From Candidatus Thorarchaeota archaeon (GTDB lineage: Archaea > Asgardarchaeota > Thorarchaeia > Thorarchaeales > Thorarchaeaceae): a stretch of 34,810 bases of DNA. Position numbers and translations under genes: made by a program. Shown here one piece after another: positions 1 through 8,766 of this stretch. Position 1 is the stretch's first letter. Each line of letters opens with the position of its first letter. The notes below the pieces were generated by a model. The model did no database searches, was not told the DNA's origin, and worked only from the letters and a program-made list of their open reading frames with translations. The stretch spans positions 1-34,810 of the forward strand of contig JBHLRZ010000030.1 in NCBI GenBank assembly GCA_048882045.1, read 5' to 3'.

Positions 1-563
1 ATCAGGTCGTCAATACAGTCCTCATTGTAGCCACGTAGGACTGTCATGTTGACTTTGACGGGAGTCAGACCTGCATCAACTGCACTCTTCACACCGCGTT
101 TCACTCTCTCCAGGTCGTCAAAACCTGTGATACGATTGTATATTTCTGGGTCCAACGAATGGATGCTAACATTTACTCGTGTCAATCCTGCTCTCTTTAG
201 GCTCCTTGCCATCTCTTCCAAGAGAACGCCATTGGTGGTCATCGAAAGATCCGAAACATACGGTGAAATTCTTTCTATGATTTCAAGGATATCTTTCCTG
301 AGAAGAGGTTCTCCTCCAGTGAGTTTCACGTTGTGTATCCCATGTCTGCTTGCATGTCTGACGATTCGCTCGACATCATCAGATGATATCTCCCCCTCAG
401 TATCTCTCTCTCCCTCTCTATGGCAAAAGAAACACGAGAAAGAACAGTCTTGTGTCAGAGATATTCTCAGATTGTCAATATGCCTGCCAAATCTGTCAAC
501 ATATTGTTGTTCTTCTGAAGCATAGTCCTCTGAATCTGGTAATACTTGCTTGTGAACAGTCAT
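1..563 (-). CDS. moaA: GTP 3',8-cyclase MoaA (radical SAM, molybdopterin/tungstopterin biosynthesis); partial, runs off the left edge
   Basis: Absent from the ORF track; translated by hand from ATG at 563: MTVHKQ...DRFGRHIDNLRISLTQDCSFSCFFCHREG...VKLTGGEPLLRKDI...SMTTNG...RVNVSIHSLD...PVKVNMTVLRGYNED. Shows the CxxxCxxC motif, GGEP and the MoaA-type LRISxT motif; lies next to a tungstate transporter. Confidence 0.93.
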   Translation of the reverse strand, partial: MTVHKQVLPDSEDYASEEQQYVDRFGRHIDNLRISLTQDCSFSCFFCHREGERDTEGEISSDDVERIVRHASRHGIHNVKLTGGEPLLRKDILEIIERISPYVSDLSMTTNGVLLEEMARSLKRAGLTRVNVSIHSLDPEIYNRITGFDDLERVKRGVKSAVDAGLTPVKVNMTVLRGYNEDCIDDL

Positions 564-597
564 GGTCTGGAGCGCAAATCCGAGTAGCGATAATAAG

Positions 598-621
598 TGT
601 TATGTTTGGTCGTGCATATCG
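598..621. promoter_or_regulatory. Putative ModE-box-like operator upstream of moaA
   Basis: TGTTATGTT-N6-TGCATATCG. Its right arm is identical to that of the site at 3414-3437. It abuts a minus-strand TATA-like CTTATTAT (590-597). Confidence 0.6.
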
Positions 622-637
622 GCATCGCGTTTTCTGA

Positions 638-1711
638 TCAGAACACCCTCACTGAGGAAGCCTTGAATGTCACATAGACCTCATCATCTATAGAGATGTT
701 GAGTCGATCCTGGGATCTATTTGTAATTTGGACCCAAAGATTCACCCCCACATCAACAGCTATGAGAGCTGTGGACTCGCGAACCTCTATTCTAGTAACT
801 CGGCCCAAAAGACAGTTTCTGGCGCTAGACAGGATCTTCTCCCTTGATACAATAATATCTTGAGGAGGAATAAATGCAGTCACTTTTCCTACCGGTCTAC
901 CAAGAGCTTCTATCGTCACTCCGTTCTCTAGTTCTATATTCAGTAGTCTTCTTCCCTGGTCCACGCTTCCATTGAACCTTGCTACACCTGTGAATGTGTT
1001 ATCGCTATATTCGTCCTGCAAAAGGTCGTCCAATTCGGATCTAAATATCTCCCTCACTGTCCCACTCTTGGAAACTCTACCATGTTGAAGTATTGCAGCT
1101 CTATTTGCAAGAACCTCTGCTTGCAGAAAATTGTGTGTCACCATCACAATTGTTGTACTCCTCTCCGAGTTCAGACGTTTCAAGGTGGTCTCTACAATCT
1201 CAGCACTCTCATTATCCAAGTATGCAGTTGGTTCATCCACCAGCAGGAGTTCAGTGTCAAGAGCAATTGCCATGGCTAGCGATGCCCTTCTCTGCTCTCC
1301 TCCTGATAGGGTTCTCGCCAATCTGTTCTGAAGGTCTGTCAGTTGAACTAAATCGAGTGTTTCCAGGACTGATCTTCTGACCTGTGACTCAGAAATACCT
1401 CTCACTCTGAGTCCATAGGCTACATTCTTGAAAACAGTCGTGTTGAAGAGAACAGGTTTCTGGAATACCATTGGTGACTGTCTTCTTAGGTTCTGTCTGT
1501 TGTCATCGGTGATAGATCTATCGTGAAAAAGTAGATCTCCCTCTGAAGGACTGAGGAGGCCTCCAAGGACTTTCAAAGCGGTAGTCTTGCCTGCACCATT
1601 TGGGCCAATAATTGAGACCATCTCCCCTCTATCTACAGATAGATTGACTTCATCAAGTGCTAGCACATCTCCGAATGATACAGACACATTGTCCAACTGG
1701 ATTATTCCCAT
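638..1711 (-). CDS. tupC: Tungstate/molybdate ABC transporter ATP-binding subunit with C-terminal TOBE domains (TupC/WtpC-like)
   Basis: Walker A GPNGAGKTT, signature LSGGEQRR, Walker B LLVDEPT, and TOBE motifs SSARNCL.G.V and VYVTFKASSV. Likely start is ATG at 1711 (the ORF track extends to GTG at 1720). Confidence 0.9.
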   Translation of the reverse strand: MGIIQLDNVSVSFGDVLALDEVNLSVDRGEMVSIIGPNGAGKTTALKVLGGLLSPSEGDLLFHDRSITDDNRQNLRRQSPMVFQKPVLFNTTVFKNVAYGLRVRGISESQVRRSVLETLDLVQLTDLQNRLARTLSGGEQRRASLAMAIALDTELLLVDEPTAYLDNESAEIVETTLKRLNSERSTTIVMVTHNFLQAEVLANRAAILQHGRVSKSGTVREIFRSELDDLLQDEYSDNTFTGVARFNGSVDQGRRLLNIELENGVTIEALGRPVGKVTAFIPPQDIIVSREKILSSARNCLLGRVTRIEVRESTALIAVDVGVNLWVQITNRSQDRLNISIDDEVYVTFKASSVRVF

Positions 1712-2364
1712 AGCCACCACTGAACCTTCTTTCGTAAGACCCCAAGACCAGCATTCACAACAAGAATGAGCACTAGAAGAATCACCACCAGTCCTAGACC
1801 AAGTGCAATCTCTCCCCTCGTGGTTTCAAGGGCTATAGAGGTTGTGAGAACTCTTGTCAGACCTCTAATATTGCCACCAATCATCAGTGCAACACCAAGC
1901 TCAGCGATTGCTCTACTGAAACTTGCGGAGCTCGCCAGTAGAATTCCCCCGGTAGATTCACGAACAACTGAGAATGCTGCAGCCTTCTCATCTGCTCCAA
2001 GGGTGAGAGCCAGGTCTCTTATTGAATCATCCACACTTGTGATGGTTTCAGTTGTTATGCTGATCATTATTGGAATCACTAGAATCGTCTGGCCGATGAT
2101 GATTCCAGCTGGGGTGTAGAGTAAATCCAAAAATCCTAGAGGTCCCGCATTTGAGAATGTCAGGTATAGGACAAGACCAAGAGCAACTGTTGGAAGACCC
2201 ATCAACGAATTGAATCCCCCTACTATGATCGATCTACCTCTGAATCTCTTGAGCCCCAAAAGAAGACCAATCGGCAATCCAATTGCAGAAGCTATAAGAG
2301 CTGCAGAACCTGAAATGAAGAGGCTTTGCAACGTTATCTGTATCAGGTCACTTTCCACGGTCAT
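1702..2364 (-). CDS. tupB: Tungstate ABC transporter permease TupB
   Basis: Hydrophobic; carries the TupB-typical motifs LMGLPTVALGL, GPLG.L.LLYTP and ELGVALMIGGNIRGLTRVLTTSIALET. Overlaps tupC. Confidence 0.92.
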   Translation of the reverse strand: MTVESDLIQITLQSLFISGSAALIASAIGLPIGLLLGLKRFRGRSIIVGGFNSLMGLPTVALGLVLYLTFSNAGPLGFLDLLYTPAGIIIGQTILVIPIMISITTETITSVDDSIRDLALTLGADEKAAAFSVVRESTGGILLASSASFSRAIAELGVALMIGGNIRGLTRVLTTSIALETTRGEIALGLGLVVILLVLILVVNAGLGVLRKKVQWWLWE

Positions 2365-2402
2365 TTCTTGTTTCAGCCTCCATTCAATTATGAGTCACCT
2401 CT

Positions 2403-3401
2403 CTACGTATAGAGTCCAAAATCGCCAGTTCGCCACATTGGAGGGCACTCATAGAAAGTTCCGCCCTCGTCAAAGAAGGCATAGTTCCGTATCCATCCAA
2501 AGATTTGTACTGGTGATTCGTTGTCAAGAATATCTACAGCAGGGAAAAAGAAACTCTGTCCATAATCGGCCACACCATAGTCCGCTATCATTTGTTGCAC
2601 AGAAGGAGTGACAAGCCACAGAAGAAACTCCATTGCAGGTTCGAATTTCACTGCTGTTTCAGACGTACTATTTACAGCAATTGCAGAATAGACGTTCAGA
2701 AGGTCTTGTCCTTCATCAACTAGCTGATCTAATGTTATCAGTCCATCTGCTTTATACTTCAAATAAGTGCCAATGTCAGATAGCGTGTATAGTGACTGCT
2801 CATTTGCCACATTTAGAGTCGAACCCATTCCCTGACCTGAAGATACAAACCAAGGTAGGTCTTTGAGCTCTGTGTAGTTATAACCTGCGGCAGTCCACAG
2901 TGCAATCTCTTTCGAGTTTGTACCAGAAAGATCATCGCGACTCACCCACAGACTTGTATTGTGAGCATTCCCATAGTTGTGAATCATCTGCAATGCTGTG
3001 ATGGGATCTGTCTGGTTTATCCCAGTCACATCATTTGAAGGTCCAACAATAGTGAAGTAGTTGTATGCGAATATCTTCCTATTTACCCCGTAGCTCTCAT
3101 TCATGAAGACATATTCCTGTGAGGGTGAGTGGACCAGAATCATGTCTGCATCACCATTCTTGGCGTGTGTGATAGCTATTCCAGTTCCTGCTGAAATGAA
3201 TGCTACAATCACGTTAGGGTGATTCTGCTCGTACTGATCTTTCAGCAGATCTAATAGGCCTGTGTCATAAAGACTAGTGGTCGTTGAGATGGTTAGGGTC
3301 TCTCTTCCTTGCGTTTGAATCCAGTAGATGTAAACGCCCGCGCCAGCTACAATTCCTATGATCAGCAACGCTGCAGCTGCCATCCTTGTTTCTCTACGCA
3401 T
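2403..3401 (-). CDS. tupA: Tungstate ABC transporter substrate-binding protein TupA
   Basis: N-terminal membrane anchor, TupA signature STTTSLYDTGLL, GTG.A...A..GDAD.ILVH, SR.D.SGT..KE and GQGMG.TL. Confidence 0.92.
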   Translation of the reverse strand: MRRETRMAAAALLIIGIVAGAGVYIYWIQTQGRETLTISTTTSLYDTGLLDLLKDQYEQNHPNVIVAFISAGTGIAITHAKNGDADMILVHSPSQEYVFMNESYGVNRKIFAYNYFTIVGPSNDVTGINQTDPITALQMIHNYGNAHNTSLWVSRDDLSGTNSKEIALWTAAGYNYTELKDLPWFVSSGQGMGSTLNVANEQSLYTLSDIGTYLKYKADGLITLDQLVDEGQDLLNVYSAIAVNSTSETAVKFEPAMEFLLWLVTPSVQQMIADYGVADYGQSFFFPAVDILDNESPVQIFGWIRNYAFFDEGGTFYECPPMWRTGDFGLYT

Positions 3402-3413
3402 GAATGTACACTC

Positions 3414-3437
3414 CGATATGTATCATTGTGCATATCG
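3414..3437. promoter_or_regulatory. ModE-box-like palindromic operator in the tupA promoter
   Basis: CGATATGTA-TCATTG-TGCATATCG, 9-bp arms with one mismatch. It lies between the minus-strand TATA (TAATATATAG, 3456-3465) and the tupA start. Confidence 0.7.
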
Positions 3438-3494
3438 AACTGAACTTTTCTTTCACTATATATTATTGTTTCTGAATTTGTAATGTTTCGATGT

Positions 3495-4322
3495 CTATTC
3501 GACATCTACGACTGTGGACACTCTCTCGATGGAGTCTTCCACAAAATGCGAGTTATTGATGGTCAGTCTTATTGCACTCTCTGGGCAGACTTCCACGCAC
3601 CTTCCACAGCCCCGACACTGAGCATCAATTACAGCTCTGTCATTAACTAGTGTGATTGAATCAACAAAACAGACATCCTCAGTACATATTCCACAGCCAA
3701 CACAATCCTCAGTAACTTCAACTTGAACACCCTGCATCTTTGTGACCTTTCTTCCTATCTCTGGATTGATGTCCGGAAGTATCTTCCATAGACAGCAACA
3801 AGGACAGCAGTTGCAAATGGTCAACAGTTTATCTCCAGGTGACACTCCAAGCCAAGATGCATCGAGCTTGTTGCGTCCGATAAGATGGACGAGACCTGCC
3901 TCACGACAGCGTCTTGCATGATCATGCGCCTCCTCCTTGGTCACACGTCTGCCTAGTTGGGGATTGATCCCGTCGATAGCTTCTCCAAGGAACATACACC
4001 CATAGTCAATAGGATAATCTTTACACTTGGATGAATCACGACATATACAGAAATTCATGATCCAATGGTGGTTTGCTTTTTCAATGAAATGGTGAACAAT
4101 CTCTGAAGGTAATGGGATTTCTTCCGGTCTGTCGAGCTTTTGGTTGATCTGGATCGTCTTCAACACCACGTCATCCTTGGGCAAGTAGATGATGTCGTCA
4201 CCTTCAAAGAGTAGCTTGTCGACGACTCTTCCAATGAGTGGGACGTTTGTCGCTTTTGCGATAAGTCCTCTATTTGGGAACGTCTTCTTCAGGAGTCTTA
4301 CAAACCACAGTGGTCGTGCCAT
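3495..4322 (-). CDS. Cys-rich 4Fe-4S dicluster (ferredoxin-domain) protein
   Basis: C-terminal CVGCGIC...C and CRGCGRCVEVCP, plus CICR...C..YP...GC and ICNCCPCCC motifs typical of an anaerobe Fe-S protein family. Confidence 0.85.
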   Translation of the reverse strand: MARPLWFVRLLKKTFPNRGLIAKATNVPLIGRVVDKLLFEGDDIIYLPKDDVVLKTIQINQKLDRPEEIPLPSEIVHHFIEKANHHWIMNFCICRDSSKCKDYPIDYGCMFLGEAIDGINPQLGRRVTKEEAHDHARRCREAGLVHLIGRNKLDASWLGVSPGDKLLTICNCCPCCCLWKILPDINPEIGRKVTKMQGVQVEVTEDCVGCGICTEDVCFVDSITLVNDRAVIDAQCRGCGRCVEVCPESAIRLTINNSHFVEDSIERVSTVVDVE

Positions 4323-4397
4323 GGAACAACGACTTGCAATACCTCTGATATTCCTATCGAAACCACAGCTTCATATCAGAACAATGCCTCTGAAAGC

Positions 4398-4895
4398 GTG
4401 ATGACCATTCGAGAGATTCTCAAGCTGGGCAATCCTCTTCTGTATGAGACATCCTATGAGGTAGAGGAGTCAGAATTAGAGAACATTCGAGAAGTGGTCA
4501 AAGATCTTCATCACACAATGATGGCCTTCAGGACACGTTATGGGGTCGGTAGAGCGATTGCAGCCCCTCAGATCCGAGTCATGAAACGTATCGTATACAT
4601 GCACATCGACTCACCTGTTGTCTTTCTCAATCCTATCCTTAAGAACAGGAGCGAAGAGATGATAGAGCTCTGGGATGACTGTATGTGCTTTCCAGACCTA
4701 CTAGTAAGGGTCAGGCGACACAAAAGCTGTACAATCGAATTTCGAGACATGGATTGGAATCTCAGGTCCATAGACCTTGAGGATGATCTCTCAGAACTTC
4801 TCCAGCATGAGTATGACCATCTTGATGGTATATTGGCAGTCATGAGAGCAATAGATGGAACTTCCTTTGCTTACAAGGACCAAGTTCCAAGGTAA
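4398..4895 (+). CDS. def: Peptide deformylase family protein (divergent motifs)
   Basis: ILKLGNPLL, GVGRAIAAPQI, F.NP.L, DDCMCFP (in place of EGCLS) and QHEYDHLDGIL. Confidence 0.88.
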   Translation: MMTIREILKLGNPLLYETSYEVEESELENIREVVKDLHHTMMAFRTRYGVGRAIAAPQIRVMKRIVYMHIDSPVVFLNPILKNRSEEMIELWDDCMCFPDLLVRVRRHKSCTIEFRDMDWNLRSIDLEDDLSELLQHEYDHLDGILAVMRAIDGTSFAYKDQVPR

Positions 4896-4951
4896 TATGC
4901 AGGAATAAATCCTAGGATGATTAATTATCCAATGCCGCCAAATCTGGAGAA

Positions 4952-5632
4952 GTGAATACAATGAGAAAGAGATCGATGGGTATCTGCTTTGTAGTTCTGT
5001 TGGCAACAGCACTGGTCGCTGGAGGACTCTATGTTCTTCTGACAGCCACAGAAATAGTGCCATATAATGAAACCGAAGTCTTCTATGAGGCTGACTACCC
5101 TTATCTCCAGAACATTTCGATCTACTATGATGTCTGCTTCCATAATGTGACATTCAATGTGGTCGATGATCCTGGGTTTGTGATCAAGATCAATATGAAG
5201 CTGACAGTCCTTGTTGAAGGTGCTAAGGGTAAGAACACCAACCTCCAAGTAGTCAATTCATCCAACGATCAGTATCTTTCTATTCAGATTCTTAAGGAAA
5301 ATCCTTCTGACGTTTGCGCATTGAATAAAGGAGATGCTAGAGCAATAGTGAATGTGACCATCAATAGGGCATACACAATTGACATCGAGGCATCGGCTGG
5401 ACATGGCAACATCAACATGACAGCTATAGGTGCGACCTTCATGGACATCAACTTCCACCATGGTATAAACTGCCCAGGGAACAATGGAATAGGCCTCACC
5501 AATTCGACTGTCTACGGGGACATCACCTGCCGAGTCGATACAGGACATTACTGGGTAAGACTCGATAATGTATACGTTGTGGGCGACGTGGTATGCACTC
5601 CCGAGAGCAGTGGGACACTGATTATCATCTAA
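4952..5632 (+). CDS. Membrane-anchored extracellular beta-rich protein (adhesin-like repeats), function unknown
   Basis: Basic N-terminus plus a TM helix, many N-x-S/T sequons, and repeated G.I/V beta motifs near the C-terminus. Confidence 0.6.
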   Translation: MNTMRKRSMGICFVVLLATALVAGGLYVLLTATEIVPYNETEVFYEADYPYLQNISIYYDVCFHNVTFNVVDDPGFVIKINMKLTVLVEGAKGKNTNLQVVNSSNDQYLSIQILKENPSDVCALNKGDARAIVNVTINRAYTIDIEASAGHGNINMTAIGATFMDINFHHGINCPGNNGIGLTNSTVYGDITCRVDTGHYWVRLDNVYVVGDVVCTPESSGTLIII

Positions 5633-5751
5633 AAATCAATCAGGTGCCGAACTTTAGTTCGATGAGTTTGCGTTTCTCTTACCCTGAAACACCAAGCCTT
5701 TATGCATAAAAACTAGCTTTCTCTCAGGATTACTGAGAGAGGAAAAGGTCG

Positions 5752-8700
5752 ATGAGATACTTACGGGTCATCATTATTCTGGCAATTGTTGCTGTAGCTG
5801 GAACCCTTATTGCAGCCACCATCTATGGCTGGGTCCTTGGACAGAGCATCTACAATTCTGTCTACAGCAATAAGGCAGATGTCAACTTCTGGAACACTTG
5901 GACATTGAATAACAACATCTTCACTGCTTCTCTTCTCTTAGCCCTTCTTAGCAGTGTGTTCACGTTCTGGACTCGTTCGTCCTTTCTCTCATTTCTATCG
6001 GCACTCTCTCAGACCGGTACTCATCTGAAGAGCCTGGACATACGAACAGGTGTCATCTGGAGAGTTGTTGAAATCGGAGCTTTCTTCCTCTATTATGTTT
6101 CAACAGGGGGATACTCTATCACTGGTCAGAATGTTGCATTTCTCATGATGCTGATGGGAGATGGATCGATATCAGTCACTCCCGATCAAGTTGCGACAAT
6201 GTTCTCGCTTCCATTCGCTCCTGAAACACCAGCCGCCTCAATCCAGACCTTAATACCAGCAATGGAGGCATATCAGCTCTATGTCGGTCTGATCTCGACA
6301 GTACTCATTGTGACTGCTGCAAGATTGGTGCTAGGAATCATCACCGACCTCATGCTTCAGCGACGTGACATCTTTGTTATCATCTCAAAAGGTCTTCTCG
6401 TGGTTGCTCTCGCAGTTGGACTTGAAATCCTCAGTGTGCCCACGTGGACAGTCAATGCTGGTACCTGGATGAGCTACTTGGCACTACTCATAGCACTGGG
6501 TGCAAGTATCACTGGTTCGATAGCCTTCATGGTATTCCGTGTCAAATCGGGTGACGCCCGCCAGCGACTACGGAGTAAGATAGCCTCCTTAGAGGGTGAT
6601 CTGGCTCGACTCCAAGGCGAACTCCTCTCGCTTCGTCAGGAGTACGAGGCTGGAGCCATAGCAGCTGAGGACTATCGGAAAAGGGTCAACCTACTGATGG
6701 AAGACCGTGTGAACATCGCAAACGAACTCCGTCGATTAAAGCTTGAACGACTAATTCCATTAGGAGGGTCACCTAGATCCTTTGCCTTTGTCGCTGCATT
6801 CCTGATAGTCATTGTCATAGCCCTCCCAATCGTTCAAGGATTCTACTATGGCATTCAGATGGAGGGTGATCAGTACATAGACTGGAAGTTCAATCCGGAA
6901 ACGACCAAAGAGATAGAGATAACCAACTGGGCGGCTGGGCTCAGTGACTTCGAATTGAAACAAATGGATGATCTAACAGTAAATGCAACACCTCAGAGTG
7001 AAGTGGAATCACTCACAACAGTGCGACAATGGGACCAGACAGCGAGTTACTTACGGATGCGGAACCAAATAGGAACGAACTGGATGCAATTGGCGGATTC
7101 AGATATTGTGTATCTGAAGGGTCATGAGTACTGGATTGCTCCTCTCACATTCGACGTTGGAGCCACTTGGACCAGTTTCATCAATCAGCGTATTCTCTAC
7201 ACTCATACAGAGGGTATTGTGGTTCTCGATGCATTCAGTGGTGAACTGGTTGAGGGGGCTGCCCTGATATCTCTATTCAACCGTTCTACAGACATCAACT
7301 TCTATTATGGAGAAGGTACAGGATTCCAGGATATCGTCTTTGTCAATGTACCGAATTTCCAAGAGGTTGGGAATACAACCTTCATTGGCACACCTGACTA
7401 CACATTGAGTGGATTCGAGTCCTTCTTCTACATTCTCACATTGGGGCCGGATGCATGGTCATATCTAGGTAGAGACATGGACATACTTGTAGAACGTGAT
7501 GTTGTTTCACGTGTGCAATCCATTCTCCTTCAGGGGCTGAATGTCGACAACGATCCATACATTGTGATTGATCCATCTGGCAACATCTTCTATGCAGTGT
7601 CTGTATTCATAGATTATCCTCTGGCGACAGGATATGCACATGAGAATTACATGAGATTCATGGGTGTGGCACTTGTCGACATTGAGAATGGTGGCATTAC
7701 GTTCTATGAGTCTCCTGCTGCAAGTGATGGGCTCTTCTTGGACAACACCTACAAGAGCTACTATGACTGGAAAGAGACCCCTACGTGGCTTCATGCCCAG
7801 CTGAAGTGGCCTGAGGATCTATATGAGCGTCAACTTGATACCATATACTTGACGCATGTTAGTGACGGTGCGGAATGGAGAGCAGGCGTAGACTTTCATC
7901 AGAAACCTGAAGACTCTGATACAAGATATGTAGTCATGAACATTGAAGGTGAGGAGCGATTCGTCGCATACCACAATGCTGAGTTTAGGTTATCTGAGGC
8001 TCACAACCTTGCTGGAATCTATATCATGGGATGTGGGGAAACAGACTTTGGTAGGTTCACGTTCTACAGGGCTGGAGATGTAGGATACTCTAGCTGGCTC
8101 GGACCTAATGCGGCAATCCAGGCGTTCGAAACGAATGATGTTGTGAGGACGCAGCTCCAGCTATGGGGTGAACACAGGTATGGTAATCGACTTCTCTATC
8201 ATCTTGGCGGTGACCTATTCTTCGTAATTCCAGTCTTCCTTGAGGTAGAAACATCAATCAACCGAGTCATCCAAAAACTGGGTGGCGTAGGTCTTGTCGA
8301 TGTGCAAACAGGTGATCGGGTTGAACTTGGTGAGAGTGTAGTAGAAGCCTATTACAAGATGTTTGGCCTCCTCAACCAGACAATTGTTCAGGAAGGTGAG
8401 GTCGGATTCGAGAGCGTCGTCTTTGAACCTGTGACCATTAACTCTGGAGAGTTTGCCAACCTTGTAGCACTATTGCGAAACAATGACAATGTGTCTCACC
8501 ACCTGTATCTTGACATTGTTACTATAAGTGGCAACTTCTCTGTCAATTGGCATGGGTCTGACATCCTCCCAACTGTCAATCCAACAAACATCACATTCTC
8601 TCTGGACATCGGTGATGTTGGTGCAGGCGACCTCTATGGAACTGCTCCATTAGTAACGGCCTATCTACCACCAGGTATTGTACTTGCCCAGTATCTGGTT

Positions 8701-8766
8701 GAGATTATACTGCGCACTGAGGATGGTGTTGTCGATCACATCAACATACTCTTGACAGTCACATAG
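5752..8766 (+). CDS. UPF0182 (COG1615) family large membrane protein
   Basis: Multi-TM N-terminal half, then UPF0182-like motifs TVRQWD, WTSFINQRILYTHTEG, FYYGE, D.DPYIVI, NYMR, L.WPEDL...Q and GN.LLY...G.L.FVIPV. Confidence 0.8.
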   Translation: MRYLRVIIILAIVAVAGTLIAATIYGWVLGQSIYNSVYSNKADVNFWNTWTLNNNIFTASLLLALLSSVFTFWTRSSFLSFLSALSQTGTHLKSLDIRTGVIWRVVEIGAFFLYYVSTGGYSITGQNVAFLMMLMGDGSISVTPDQVATMFSLPFAPETPAASIQTLIPAMEAYQLYVGLISTVLIVTAARLVLGIITDLMLQRRDIFVIISKGLLVVALAVGLEILSVPTWTVNAGTWMSYLALLIALGASITGSIAFMVFRVKSGDARQRLRSKIASLEGDLARLQGELLSLRQEYEAGAIAAEDYRKRVNLLMEDRVNIANELRRLKLERLIPLGGSPRSFAFVAAFLIVIVIALPIVQGFYYGIQMEGDQYIDWKFNPETTKEIEITNWAAGLSDFELKQMDDLTVNATPQSEVESLTTVRQWDQTASYLRMRNQIGTNWMQLADSDIVYLKGHEYWIAPLTFDVGATWTSFINQRILYTHTEGIVVLDAFSGELVEGAALISLFNRSTDINFYYGEGTGFQDIVFVNVPNFQEVGNTTFIGTPDYTLSGFESFFYILTLGPDAWSYLGRDMDILVERDVVSRVQSILLQGLNVDNDPYIVIDPSGNIFYAVSVFIDYPLATGYAHENYMRFMGVALVDIENGGITFYESPAASDGLFLDNTYKSYYDWKETPTWLHAQLKWPEDLYERQLDTIYLTHVSDGAEWRAGVDFHQKPEDSDTRYVVMNIEGEERFVAYHNAEFRLSEAHNLAGIYIMGCGETDFGRFTFYRAGDVGYSSWLGPNAAIQAFETNDVVRTQLQLWGEHRYGNRLLYHLGGDLFFVIPVFLEVETSINRVIQKLGGVGLVDVQTGDRVELGESVVEAYYKMFGLLNQTIVQEGEVGFESVVFEPVTINSGEFANLVALLRNNDNVSHHLYLDIVTISGNFSVNWHGSDILPTVNPTNITFSLDIGDVGAGDLYGTAPLVTAYLPPGIVLAQYLVEIILRTEDGVVDHINILLTVT

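Noticed and set aside
46-637. Plus-strand ORFs 46-525 and 383-637
   Set aside because: They are antisense shadows of moaA, which has clear motifs on the minus strand.
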